A stretch of DNA of 64,000 nucleotides, taken from Reyranellaceae bacterium (GTDB lineage Bacteria; Pseudomonadota; Alphaproteobacteria; Reyranellales; Reyranellaceae). The notes under the pieces are model-generated. The model saw nothing but the letters and a program-made list of their open reading frames with translations, ran no database searches and was not told the origin of the DNA. The position numbers and the translations under genes are program-made. Within the stretch, counting starts at the first letter, position 1. Each line of letters starts with the position of its first letter. Location of the stretch: assembly GCA_046349295.1 (NCBI GenBank), contig JAXMCP010000035.1, forward strand, positions 5,753 to 69,752, written 5' to 3'. This document shows positions 21,695 to 32,430 of the stretch, piece after piece.

Positions 21695-22945
21695 TCACCG
21701 CGTCATGTAGTCGTAGGACGCGAGCACATGCGTGCGCACGATATGGAGGAACTCCTCCACGTCGACATGCTCGTCGTGCGAGCCCATGCCATGCGGGAAG
21801 GGGCCGTAGACGCAGGTCGGGATGTTGCGGTAGCGCCAGAGGCGCGCGTCGGTGCCGCCCAGGCTGACAATCGGTGTCGGGCGGAAGCCGCGCAGCTCCT
21901 CCACCGTGCGCTGCACGATCTCGATGATGTCGCAGCCGGGGTCGACCCAGGAGGGGAGGTTGCAGTTGGTCTCCTTCACCGTGGCGTCGGGGAAGTCCTT
22001 CAGGATCCGCTCGACCTCGGCCAGCACGCGCTCGCGCGTCACGCCGAGCGGCAGGCGGATGTCGGTTTCGAACACGGCGCTCGACGGCACCATGTTGACC
22101 TTCACGCCGCCCTTGATGGTGCCGATGTTGAGCGTGACCTTGTCGACGATCTCGCCCGCGCCCTCGCCCATCGCGCGATCCATGGTGGCGCGGCCGGCAT
22201 CGATGCCGCGCATGATGTTGTCGGAGAGCTCGGGCCTGATCTCGGTCACGTCCTCGAGGCGCGTGGCGAGGGCCATGGCGATCTTGGTGGCGCTCGCCGT
22301 GGCGTGCGTGTAGGCGCCGTGCGCGCCCGCCGTGCGCACCGTGAACTCGAGCCACAGCGGGCCCTTCTCGCCAAAGCGCACGCTGAAAGGGCTCGACGGC
22401 TCGCCGTTCAAGAGCGCGTCGCCATGAACTTCGGGATGATGCTCCATGAGATAGCGGGCGCCGTAGGGGCCGAATGTCTCCTCGTCGGAAACGGCCGTGA
22501 GGGTGAGACGGCCCTTGAGGCGGTCCTTGAGCCGCGACAGATAGATGTAGGTCCAGATCGACGCCGAGGTGCCGCACTTCATGTCGGCGGCGCCACGGCC
22601 GTAGACCTTGCCATCGACCAGCTCGCCGCCCCACGGGTCCTTGGTCCATCCCAGCCCGTCGTCGGCGACGGGAAATACGTCGATGTGGCCGTTGAGCACG
22701 AGATGCTTGCCGGGCCGGCCGGCCTCGAAGGTCGCGACGATGTTGGGCATCTCGGGGTGCGGCGCGATGATGCGATAGTCGAGGCCGCGCGCCTTGAGCT
22801 CGCCGGTGAGAAAGTCCGCCGTCGAGCGCGTGTCGCCCGGCGGGTTGGGGCCCTTGCAGCGCACGAAGGCCCTCAGGAAGGCGACCAGGGTATCGCGATC
22901 CTCGTCGATCCATGCCTTCAGCTGCTCGCGATCGGTCCCAGCCAT
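21695..22945 (-). CDS. M20 family metallohydrolase (ArgE/DapE-like)
   Basis: LNGHIDVFP, YGRGAADMKCG, SDEET, GEPS, GGTDAR, DEHV. Confidence 0.9.
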   Translation of the reverse strand: MAGTDREQLKAWIDEDRDTLVAFLRAFVRCKGPNPPGDTRSTADFLTGELKARGLDYRIIAPHPEMPNIVATFEAGRPGKHLVLNGHIDVFPVADDGLGWTKDPWGGELVDGKVYGRGAADMKCGTSASIWTYIYLSRLKDRLKGRLTLTAVSDEETFGPYGARYLMEHHPEVHGDALLNGEPSSPFSVRFGEKGPLWLEFTVRTAGAHGAYTHATASATKIAMALATRLEDVTEIRPELSDNIMRGIDAGRATMDRAMGEGAGEIVDKVTLNIGTIKGGVKVNMVPSSAVFETDIRLPLGVTRERVLAEVERILKDFPDATVKETNCNLPSWVDPGCDIIEIVQRTVEELRGFRPTPIVSLGGTDARLWRYRNIPTCVYGPFPHGMGSHDEHVDVEEFLHIVRTHVLASYDYMTR

Positions 22946-22986
22946 GCTCCGCTCCCGTCTCCATTGCCGCTTCCGCGCAAGAATTC

Positions 22987-23045
22987 AGCCACAGATGAAC
23001 ACAGATGCCGAGATCATGGCCAACTATCCGTGGTCATCTGCGGCT
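22987..23045. repeat. Imperfect palindrome CCACAGATGAACACAGAT...ATCCGTGGTCATCTGCGG (REP-like)
   Basis: About 20-bp inverted arms in the spacer between the ABC permease and the M20 gene. Confidence 0.6.
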
Positions 23046-23883
23046 AATTTTCTTCGGCGGGAGTCGGCTGCTGCCGGTTCGGCGAGCGCTGCAGGAGCTG
23101 GGTCAAGCCGAGCAGCAGGACCGATATCAGGATCAGCAGCGTCGATATGGCCGCGATCGTCGGATCGATCTCGTCGCGCAGCGCGTTGAACATGCGGCGC
23201 GTCAGGGTCGCCTTGTCGCCGCCGGCGATGAACAGCGAGATCACGACCTCGTCGAGCGAGGTGATGAACGCCAGGATTGCCGCCGAGATCACCGAGGTCT
23301 TGATCTGCGGCAGCGTCACCGTGAGGAACGCCCAGGGGCGGCTGGCACCGAGGCTGCGCGCCACCATCTCCTGGCTCATGTCGTAGCTCTTGAGGCTCGA
23401 CGCGACCATGATCACGACCAGCGGAATCGCCATCACCGAATGCGCCAGCACGATGCCGGTGAGCGTGTTGTTGAGCCCGAGATGGGCATAGAGCAGGAAG
23501 ACGCCGATCGCGATCAGGATGCCCGGAACGATCAGCGGCAGCATGAAGGTCGCGTAGGCGAGCTGGGTGAAGCGCGAGCCCGAGGTGTGCATGCCGTAGG
23601 CGGCGAGCGTGCCGAGCGCAGTCGAGATGATCATCGTGAGGGTGGCCGCGGTGAACGACATCGCCGTCGCGTCGCGCCATTCGATGGCGCCGAAATAGGC
23701 CTCGTACCAGCGCGTCGACCAGCCGGGCGGCGGGAAGGCGAGGTAGCGCGAGTCCGAGAAGCTGAGCGGAATGACGAGCAGGCTGGGCAGAATGAGGAAC
23801 AGCAGGACGAGTCCCGCGACCACGTAAAGCCACAGCCGAGCGCCGTGGGTGATCTGGGTTTCCGTCGCGGGCCGCCGCAGCAT
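23044..23883 (-). CDS. Polyamine/opine-type ABC permease (PotC-like)
   Basis: EMVARSLGAS (EAA loop), FITSLDEVVISLF. Confidence 0.92.
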   Translation of the reverse strand: MLRRPATETQITHGARLWLYVVAGLVLLFLILPSLLVIPLSFSDSRYLAFPPPGWSTRWYEAYFGAIEWRDATAMSFTAATLTMIISTALGTLAAYGMHTSGSRFTQLAYATFMLPLIVPGILIAIGVFLLYAHLGLNNTLTGIVLAHSVMAIPLVVIMVASSLKSYDMSQEMVARSLGASRPWAFLTVTLPQIKTSVISAAILAFITSLDEVVISLFIAGGDKATLTRRMFNALRDEIDPTIAAISTLLILISVLLLGLTQLLQRSPNRQQPTPAEEN

Positions 23884-24800
23884 CTAGCGGCCTCCCACGA
23901 TGCGGTCGAAGCCGATCAGGCGGCCGAGGCCCCACAGGATGGCGAGCGTCATGGCGAGCAGCACGACGCCGAGCGCGCTCGCCGCCCCCCAGTCCGAATG
24001 GTAGGTGACGTTGCGCTCGATCTGCATCGACCACATCATCACGCGCCCGCCGCCGAGCAGCGCCGGCGTCACATAGAAGCCGAGGCACAGCACGAAGACG
24101 ATGATGATGCCGGCGAACAGGCCGGGCAGCGAGAGTGGCACGAACACGTGCCAGAACGCCTGGGTCGGCGAGGCGCCGAGGTTCGCCGCCGCGCGCACGT
24201 AGTCGCGGTTGATGGTGCGCATGGTGGCGTAGAGCGGCAGCACCATGAAGGGCAGCATGATGTGGACCATGCCGATCGCCGTGCCGGTGAAATTGTGCAT
24301 GAGGCGGAGGGGCGCCTCGATCAACCCCATGTCCTGGAGCCAGCTGTTGACCACCCCGCGGCGCTGCAGCAGCACCAGCCAAGCGTAGCAGCGCACCAGC
24401 AGCGACGTCCAAACCGGGAACAGCACCAGCAGCAGGAGCGCCGCCGCGAGCCGCGGTCGCAGCTGCGAGATGAGATAGGCGAGCGGATAGCCCAAGGCGA
24501 TGCAGACGGCGGTGACCAGGAAGGAGAGCTCGAACGTCGCCTGGAGCGACAGGGTGTAGCTCGGGTGCAGCAGGCGCTCGTAGTGCTCGAGCGTGAGGTC
24601 CGAGCCGCTGCGGAACGAGAGCCAGAACAGCCAGGCGATCGGAGCCAAGGCAATGGCGCCGATCAGCAGGAGGCCGGGCACAGCGAGCGCCGCCAGCTTG
24701 GTCGTCTCGCTGCGCTCACTGCGGCGATAGGCTGCCTCGTTCGGCGCCTTCGAGGCTCCCTGGTCGGGCCGGCCCTCCTCCCCGACAAGGCTGGTCGTGG

Positions 24801-24804
<4 letters not shown>
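23884..24804 (-). CDS. Polyamine/opine-type ABC permease (PotB-like)
   Basis: GYPLAY, WTSLLVR, LPFMVLPLY, AAANLGASP, GFYVTPALLGG. Confidence 0.92.
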
Positions 24805-25925
<1,121 letters not shown>

Positions 25926-25970
25926 CGGGGCCTCCGATGAGCCAGTGACTCTTCTGGCGCGCTCACATTT

Positions 25971-26096
25971 TCCTCCCCAGCTTCGCTGGGGAGGTGTCGC
26001 CGTCTTACGGCGACGGAGGGGTCGAGAGTCACAGTGGGGCTCTTGACCCCTCCGTCGGCGATTACGCCGACACCTCCCCAGCGAAGCTGGGGAGGA
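25971..26096. repeat. Composite inverted-repeat element (CIR/RIME-like)
   Basis: About 52-bp inverted arms cctccccagcttcgctggggaggtgtcg...gacggaggggtc and gacccctccgtc...cacctccccagcgaagctggggagg, each with internal hairpins. Confidence 0.85.
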
Positions 26097-26120
26097 GGAT
26101 GAGAAGCCCAGCCGGTCGAC

Positions 26121-27185
26121 CTACTGCTGCAGGAAGGCGTCAAAGCGCTTCACCATCGCGTCGGCGTTCTGGACCCACCAGGCGTTGTCCTGCACGAAGC
26201 CCTTCTCGAAGTTCCCTGGCGAGTTCGGCAGGCCGGGCAGCTTCTCCTTGGGGATGACGCCGGTGGCGTAGGCCTTCGTATTGGACGGCGCGTAGTTGAT
26301 GTAGTTCGAGATGCGGGCGTTGACCTCGGGCCGAGACATGATCGCGATCGCCTTCATGGCGAGGTCCTTGTTGGGCGCGCCCTTCGGGATCATCCAGCTG
26401 TCGGAGACGATGATCTGTTCGTTGAAGGTGGTCTTGACCTTGCCGCCCTTCCCTTCGGGCTCGTTCTCCAGCGCCTGGATGCGTCCGTTCCAGGCCGCCA
26501 CCATGTCGACCTCGCCGTCCTTCAGCACCTGCGCGGACTGGGCGCCCGAGCTCCACCAGACCAGCACGTGCGGCTTCAGCTGCTCGAGCTTCTTGAAGGC
26601 GCGGTCGACGTCGAGCGGATAGAGCTTGTCCATCGGCACGCCGTCGGCGATCAACGCCATCTCGAGGGCATAGATCGGATGCTTGCGCACGGAGCGTTGG
26701 CCGGGGAACTTCTTGGCATCCCAGAAGTCGGCCCAGCCCGCCGGCTCCTTGCCAGGGTAGGCCTTGTCACGCCAGCCGATGGCGACCGAGTAGACGATCT
26801 GCGGCGCGCAGTGCTCCGAGCGGCCGAGCGTCGTGGGGATGTCGGTCAGCGCCTTCATGGTGTCGGCATCGAACTTCTCGAGGCGACCTTCCTTTTCCAG
26901 CAGTGCGCAGCTGTAGGCTCCCTGGGTCGTGAGATCCCAGGTCGGCTTGCCGGAGGCGACCTGCGTGCGCACGTCGGCGAGACCGGAGGTGTTGTCCTCC
27001 TTGATGACGACGTTCAGCTCCTTTTCGACGATGCCGAACCACGCTTCCTTCTGCGCCTTCTGGAATGCGCCGCCCCACGACGAGATGGTCAGCGTCTTCT
27101 TTTCCTGCGCCATCGCTTGCGGCGCGGCAAGCAACAGCGCTGCCGTACATGTGAGTGAAATTGCCCCAACGCACTTCCTGATCAT
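26121..27185 (-). CDS. ABC substrate-binding protein (PotD-like)
   Basis: Signal peptide ending AMA|QE; SSWGG, WADFWDAKKFPG, LYPLDVDRAF, AWNGR. Confidence 0.92.
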   Translation of the reverse strand: MIRKCVGAISLTCTAALLLAAPQAMAQEKKTLTISSWGGAFQKAQKEAWFGIVEKELNVVIKEDNTSGLADVRTQVASGKPTWDLTTQGAYSCALLEKEGRLEKFDADTMKALTDIPTTLGRSEHCAPQIVYSVAIGWRDKAYPGKEPAGWADFWDAKKFPGQRSVRKHPIYALEMALIADGVPMDKLYPLDVDRAFKKLEQLKPHVLVWWSSGAQSAQVLKDGEVDMVAAWNGRIQALENEPEGKGGKVKTTFNEQIIVSDSWMIPKGAPNKDLAMKAIAIMSRPEVNARISNYINYAPSNTKAYATGVIPKEKLPGLPNSPGNFEKGFVQDNAWWVQNADAMVKRFDAFLQQ

Positions 27186-27326
27186 CGCGATCCCCCATTG
27201 CGAGCCCAACTGGCCAAGCCATTTCGCGGCACGACCGGTCGCCCGTCAAGGCATTACGATGGCGCGGGTTTGCGCACGACCCGACGGATGACTAGGCTCG
27301 GGGCGCCAGCCTACAGGGAGACGATC

Positions 27327-28487
27327 ATGGCGCTGCACTTCGAACGTGCGGAGTTCGAAAGCCGCATTGCCGCAGCGCGCAAGGCGCTCGCCGACGATGG
27401 ATTGGACGCGCTTCTGCTGTTCGCACAGGAGAGTCTCTACTATCTCACCGGCTTCGATACGAGCGGCTTCGTCTTCTTCCAGTGCGCCGTGCTGACCCGC
27501 GACGAAGGGCCGATCACGCTGCTGACGCGACGGCCCGATCTCGAGCAGGCGCGCCGCACCTCGATCCTCTCCGACATCCGCCTGTGGTACGACAAGGAAG
27601 GCAACGACCCGAGCCGGGAGCTTTCCGAGATCCTGGCCGAGAAAGGGTTGAAAGGCGCCCGCATCGGCATCGAGATGCGGACGTTCGGACTGACGGCCGA
27701 CAAGCACGAGCTGGTCGCCAGGCGCCTCGCCGGCTGGTGCGAGCTGGTCGACGCCAGCCATATCGTGCGCACCCTGCGGCTGGTGAAATCGCCGGCGGAG
27801 ATCGCCTATGTGCGCCGCGCCGCGGAGCTTGCCGATCAGTCGCTCGAGGCGATGCTGGCGACGGCGCGGCCGGGCGCCTTCGAGGGCGATATCGCCGCCG
27901 CGGGCTCGGTGCCGATCCTGGCCGGCGGCGGCGACCCGCCGCCCTCCGGCCCGGTGCTCGGCTCGGGCGATCGCGCGCTGCTCATCCGCAGCGCCACCGG
28001 CTTTCGCCATCTCGACCCGGTCGACCAGCTCACCCTCGAGTTCGCCGGCAGCTACCGGCACTACTGCGCCTGCCTGATGCGCACGGTTGCCATCGGCAAG
28101 GGCAACCCGGACCAGCACAAGATGTTCGACGTGACGCACGCGGCGCTGGCAGCGATGACGCAGGCGGCGAGGCCTGGTCGCCCGCTCGGCGAGATCGACG
28201 ATGCCCATCGTCGGGTCTACGACGCGGCGGGCTACGGCGATGCGCGCATGTCGGCCTGCGGCTATTCGCTGGGCGCGCTCTATCGGCCGACCTGGATGGA
28301 CGTCCCGCCGATGCTCTATTCCGGCAACACGACCCCGGCCGCGCCCGGGATGGTGCTGTTCCTGCACGCCATCCTGATCGATGCGCCGAAGAACCTCGCG
28401 ATGTCGCTCGGCCACACGATCGTGCTCTCGTCCACCGGCGCCGAGGTGCTGAGCCGGCTCTCGCCGGAGTACACGGTGTGCAGCTGA
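27327..28487 (+). CDS. M24 (pita-bread fold) hydrolase, creatinase/DoeA-like
   Basis: YYLTGF, LRLVKSPAEI, LEFAGSYRHYCACLMRT, CGYSLG; canonical D/D/H/E/E metal ligands look replaced. Confidence 0.85.
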   Translation: MALHFERAEFESRIAAARKALADDGLDALLLFAQESLYYLTGFDTSGFVFFQCAVLTRDEGPITLLTRRPDLEQARRTSILSDIRLWYDKEGNDPSRELSEILAEKGLKGARIGIEMRTFGLTADKHELVARRLAGWCELVDASHIVRTLRLVKSPAEIAYVRRAAELADQSLEAMLATARPGAFEGDIAAAGSVPILAGGGDPPPSGPVLGSGDRALLIRSATGFRHLDPVDQLTLEFAGSYRHYCACLMRTVAIGKGNPDQHKMFDVTHAALAAMTQAARPGRPLGEIDDAHRRVYDAAGYGDARMSACGYSLGALYRPTWMDVPPMLYSGNTTPAAPGMVLFLHAILIDAPKNLAMSLGHTIVLSSTGAEVLSRLSPEYTVCS

Positions 28488-28497
28488 GAGCAAGCCC

Positions 28498-30456
28498 ATG
28501 ACCTCCTTCCCCCACCTCTTCTCGCCCATCCGGCTGCGCAACACCGAGATCCGCAATCGTATCCTGTCGACCGGGCACCAGACCTATCTCGCCAAGGGCG
28601 GGCTGCCGGGAGAGGACTTCGTTGCCTATCACGAGGCGCGGGCCCGAGGCGGGGCCGGTCTGATCATCACGGAAGCAGCGCGCTTCCATGCCACGGGCTT
28701 CACCGACGCGCCCGAGCTGATCGTGGCCAGCGACGATTGCATTCCCGGCCTGAAGAACCTGGTCGACAGCGTCCATCGCCATGGCGCCCGCATCTTCGGC
28801 CAGCTCTCGCATTCCGGGCGGGTGACCAAGCGGCTGTCCGGCGGTCTGCGCGGCGTCGCCTACGCGCCTTCGGCCGTCCCCGACCAGCGCTTCCACACCA
28901 TGCCGCGCGCCATGCCGGTGGCGCTGATCGAGGAGCTCATCGAGGAGGCCGGCAAGGCGGCGCGCCGCTTCGGCGAGGCGGGCTTCGACGGCATCGAGCT
29001 GCTGGCGAGCCACGGGCTGCTGATCTCGGACTTCCTCAATCCGCGCAACAACCAGCGCACCGACGCCTATGGCGGCAGCTTCGAGAACCGGCTGCGCTTC
29101 CTCACCGACCTTCTCGCCGTGGTGCGCAAGGGGCTGGGGGATGGCCCTGTGCTCGGCATGCGCATCTCCGCCGAGGAGATCGAGCCCGGCGGCCTCGCCA
29201 AGGACGAGGTGATTGCCATCTGCCAGGCGCTGAAGGCAAGACGGGCGATCGACTACGTCAACACCACCCTGGGCTCGATGCAGGGCCTCGGCGGCTCGGT
29301 GCACGTCGTGCCGCCGATGGAAATCGCGCACGCCTACGTGGCGCCGAGGGCCGGCACCTTGCGCGCCGCCCTTGGCCTGCCCGTGTTCGTCGCCGGCCGC
29401 ATCAACCAGCCGCAGATCGCCGAGGCCGTGCTCGCCGCCGGACAGGCCGACATGTGCGGCATGACGCGGGCGATGATCTCGGACCCCGAGATGGCCAACA
29501 AGGCACGCACCGGCCGTCTCGACGACATCCGTGCCTGCATCGCCTGCAATCAGGCCTGCATCGGGCACTACCACATGGGCGTCGGCATCTCGTGCATCCA
29601 GAACCCGGTGACCGGACGCGAGCGCAAGCTCGGCGCCACCGCGAAGTCCGCCGCGCCGCGGCGCATCCTGGTCGCGGGCGGCGGGCCGGCGGGCATGAAG
29701 GCGGCGCTGACGGCGGCCGAGCGCGGCCATCGCGTCATACTGCACGAAGCGAGCCGCCGCCTCGGCGGCCAGGTGCTGCTGGCCCAGCTGCTGCCGGAGC
29801 GCGCCGAGTTCGGCGGCCTGGTCAGCAACCTGCAGCACGAGCTGGCGCACGCCGGTGTCGAGGTGAAGCTCAACACGCCGGTCTCGGCCGAAATGGTCCG
29901 ACGCGAGCGTCCCGATGCCGTCATCGTCGCCACCGGCGGCGTGCCCTACCGCCCTGAGATCGAGGGCGCCGAGGACGCGCACGTGCTCGATGCCTGGGCC
30001 GTGCTCGAGGGCCGCGCCAATCCCGGCGGCCGCGTCCTGGTGGCCGACTGGCGCTGCGACTGGGTCGGCATGGGCCTGGCGGAGAAGCTCGCGCGCGAGG
30101 GTCGGCATGTGCGCCTCGCCATCACCGGCACGAATGTCGGGCAGAACCTGCAGCAGTATTTGCGCGACCATTGGGCAGGCAAGCTGCACAAGCTCGGCGT
30201 CGAGGTGATCCCCTACGCAAGGCTGTTCGGCGTCGATGCCGACGCCGCCTACCTGGCGCATCTCGTCACCAACGAGCCGATCATCGCCAACGAGGTAGAG
30301 ACTGTGGTGCTCGCCCTCGGCCACCGGCCCGACACGTCACTCGAGGAAGAGCTCGCGCCGCTCGGCATTCCGCTGCACCTCGCCGGCGACTGCCTGGCGC
30401 CACGCTCGGCCGAGGAGGCCGTCTACGAGGGCATGATGGCGGGGCTGGCAGTGTGA
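28498..30456 (+). CDS. OYE-like FMN/FAD/Fe-S oxidoreductase (TMADH/2,4-dienoyl-CoA reductase family)
   Basis: RARGGAGLIITE, GFDGIEL, NQRTDAYGGSFENR, CIACNQAC...CIQNP, GGGPAG, GDCLAPR. Confidence 0.92.
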   Translation: MTSFPHLFSPIRLRNTEIRNRILSTGHQTYLAKGGLPGEDFVAYHEARARGGAGLIITEAARFHATGFTDAPELIVASDDCIPGLKNLVDSVHRHGARIFGQLSHSGRVTKRLSGGLRGVAYAPSAVPDQRFHTMPRAMPVALIEELIEEAGKAARRFGEAGFDGIELLASHGLLISDFLNPRNNQRTDAYGGSFENRLRFLTDLLAVVRKGLGDGPVLGMRISAEEIEPGGLAKDEVIAICQALKARRAIDYVNTTLGSMQGLGGSVHVVPPMEIAHAYVAPRAGTLRAALGLPVFVAGRINQPQIAEAVLAAGQADMCGMTRAMISDPEMANKARTGRLDDIRACIACNQACIGHYHMGVGISCIQNPVTGRERKLGATAKSAAPRRILVAGGGPAGMKAALTAAERGHRVILHEASRRLGGQVLLAQLLPERAEFGGLVSNLQHELAHAGVEVKLNTPVSAEMVRRERPDAVIVATGGVPYRPEIEGAEDAHVLDAWAVLEGRANPGGRVLVADWRCDWVGMGLAEKLAREGRHVRLAITGTNVGQNLQQYLRDHWAGKLHKLGVEVIPYARLFGVDADAAYLAHLVTNEPIIANEVETVVLALGHRPDTSLEEELAPLGIPLHLAGDCLAPRSAEEAVYEGMMAGLAV

Positions 30457-30600
30457 GACGGCGTCGGGGAGAGGGTCTCCAATCGCCTCTCTCACCGGCA
30501 GCGGTTGATGGCCGATACGACCCAGTATTTCCATCCTGCCAACTCTGCCTCCTCCGACCGAAGGTAGGCCCGTGACGGTAAAGTCTTCGATTTCCGCTTC

Positions 30601-30634
30601 TTGACATTCCGCTCTCTGTGTTCTGTATACAAAA
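30601..30634 (+). promoter_or_regulatory. Promoter of the gntR operon with overlapping GntR-type operator
   Basis: TTGACA 30601-30606, 17-bp spacer, TGTATA; palindrome ttcTGTATACAaaa; ATG 7 nt downstream. Confidence 0.7.
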
Positions 30635-30635
30635 A

Positions 30636-31307
30636 ATGCGCCCGATCGTGCCCGAGGCTGATCTCAGCGAGAAGATCCACGACTCCGTCCTCGAGGCGAT
30701 CTGCTCGGGCGAGCTGAAGGCCGGCGTCCGCATCACCCAGGAAGAGCTGGCCAACAAGTTCGGCGTGTCGCGCCAGCCGGTGCTGCAGGCGATGATGCTG
30801 CTGCGGCGCGAAGGTTTCCTGATCGATGTCGGCCGCAAGGGCGTCTGCGTGGCGCCGCTCGACGTGCAGCAGGCGCGCAATCTCTACGTCGTGCGCGGCG
30901 CGCTCGACGGTGCGGCGGCGCGGCTCGCGGCCATCAACTACACGCCGCATCTGCGGCAACGCGGCCGCGACCTGATCGATGTCGGGCGGCGCGCCGTGGC
31001 GAGCGGCCACGTGCCGGCCGTGATCGAGGCCGACATCGACTTCCACCTGTTCATCTACGAGGCCTCGGGCAACCCGCTGATCGGCGAGACCGCCCATCCG
31101 CACTGGCAGCATTTGCGGCGCGTGATGGCGGCGGCGCTGGGCGAGGCCGACCTGCGGGTCAGCGTGTGGGACGAGCATGAAGGCATCTTGCGCGCCCTCG
31201 AGGCCGGCCAGTCGGCCGAAGCCGAGGAATTGTGCCGCGGTCATGCCGAGCAGATGGCCGACATTCTCACCGGTCGATTGAAAGTCGTGATCTCGCGCGC
31301 CGCCTGA
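30636..31307 (+). CDS. GntR family regulator (FCD domain)
   Basis: QEELANKFGVSRQPV wHTH; DIDFH and EHEGIL FCD motifs. Confidence 0.92.
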   Translation: MRPIVPEADLSEKIHDSVLEAICSGELKAGVRITQEELANKFGVSRQPVLQAMMLLRREGFLIDVGRKGVCVAPLDVQQARNLYVVRGALDGAAARLAAINYTPHLRQRGRDLIDVGRRAVASGHVPAVIEADIDFHLFIYEASGNPLIGETAHPHWQHLRRVMAAALGEADLRVSVWDEHEGILRALEAGQSAEAEELCRGHAEQMADILTGRLKVVISRAA

Positions 31308-31338
31308 GCGCGTCTACAAACAGCAAAGGAGGAGCGCC

Positions 31339-32139
31339 ATGAAGCTCACTGCCGAGCAGCTCGCCCAGTTCGACGAAGAAGGCTACCTGTTCTTTCCCGA
31401 GTATTTTTCGCCCGAGGAAACCAGGATCCTGAAGGCCTCGGTGCCCGAAGTGTTCGCCCAGCGCCGTCCCGAGAACGTGCGCGAGAAGACCGGCGACGTC
31501 GTGCGCACCGCCTTCGCCGTGCACACCTATCATCCGGTGTTCGAGGCGCTGGTCCATCATCCGCGCTTCGTCGAGCCGGCCGAGCAGCTGCTCGGCGACA
31601 AGACCTACATCCACCAGTTCAAGATCAACGGCAAAGCCGCCTTCGACGGCGACGTCTGGCAATGGCACCAGGATTACGGCACCTGGAAAGCCGACGACGA
31701 CATGCCCGAGGCGCGGGCGATGAACCTCGCCGTCTTCATCGACGAGGTGAACGAGTTCAATGGCCCGCTATGGTTCATCCCGAAGAGCCACAAGAAGGGC
31801 GCGATCGAGGCCAGCCACGACCTTACCACGACGTCGTATCCGCTGTGGGTGATCGACAACGACACCATCGCCAAGCTGGTCCACCAGGGCGGCATCGTGG
31901 CACCCAAGGGCGGGCCGGGCTCGGCGATCTTCTTCCATGGCACGCTGGTGCACGGCAGCCCGCCCAACATGTCGCCGTGGGACCGCCAGATCATCTACGT
32001 CACCTACAACGCCGTCTCCAACGCCATCCGCCGCTTCAAGCGGCCGGACTATATCGCCCATCGCGACTTCACGCCGATCGATGCCTGGGAAGACGACGCC
32101 GTGGCGCGCGCCGTCCGGCGCAAGGCGGCGGCGGAGTAG
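31339..32139 (+). CDS. PhyH-family Fe(II)/2OG dioxygenase, ectoine hydroxylase-like
   Basis: HQFKINGK, WQWHQDYGTW, NGPLWFIPKSH, LVHGS...R; strong GGAGGAG RBS. Confidence 0.9.
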   Translation: MKLTAEQLAQFDEEGYLFFPEYFSPEETRILKASVPEVFAQRRPENVREKTGDVVRTAFAVHTYHPVFEALVHHPRFVEPAEQLLGDKTYIHQFKINGKAAFDGDVWQWHQDYGTWKADDDMPEARAMNLAVFIDEVNEFNGPLWFIPKSHKKGAIEASHDLTTTSYPLWVIDNDTIAKLVHQGGIVAPKGGPGSAIFFHGTLVHGSPPNMSPWDRQIIYVTYNAVSNAIRRFKRPDYIAHRDFTPIDAWEDDAVARAVRRKAAAE

Positions 32140-32215
32140 GAACGGCAACCGCGCCTGAACGAAGCTCATGACCGGGAACGCGCCACTCATGGTCGGCAAC
32201 CTCGGTCGAACCAAC

Positions 32216-32357
32216 ATCCTCGTCCCGAGGAGGCCGCGAAGCGGCCGTCTCGAAGGATGGGCGGCATACGACATCATCGGTAGAGCGGTGTCGCAGCAGT
32301 TCGCCCGTTGCCTACCCTTCGAGACGCGGCCCGTGGGCCGTTCCTCAGGGTGAGGAT
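32216..32357. repeat. Composite inverted-repeat element (GAGGAG...GTCTCGAAGG / CCTTCGAGAC...CCTCAGG family)
   Basis: Two inverted arms; a lone arm also lies at 47531-47577. Confidence 0.8.
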
Positions 32358-32430
32358 CCTTGTTCATTGACGTCTTTGGGTGCATCACTGAGGTGGCGCA
32401 CTCCGAGCACACGTTCACAGGAGGAAATCC

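Noticed and set aside
31339-32139. Naming the dioxygenase ectD
   Set aside because: The signature deviates (HQDYGTW versus HSDFETW) and no ectABC is nearby.
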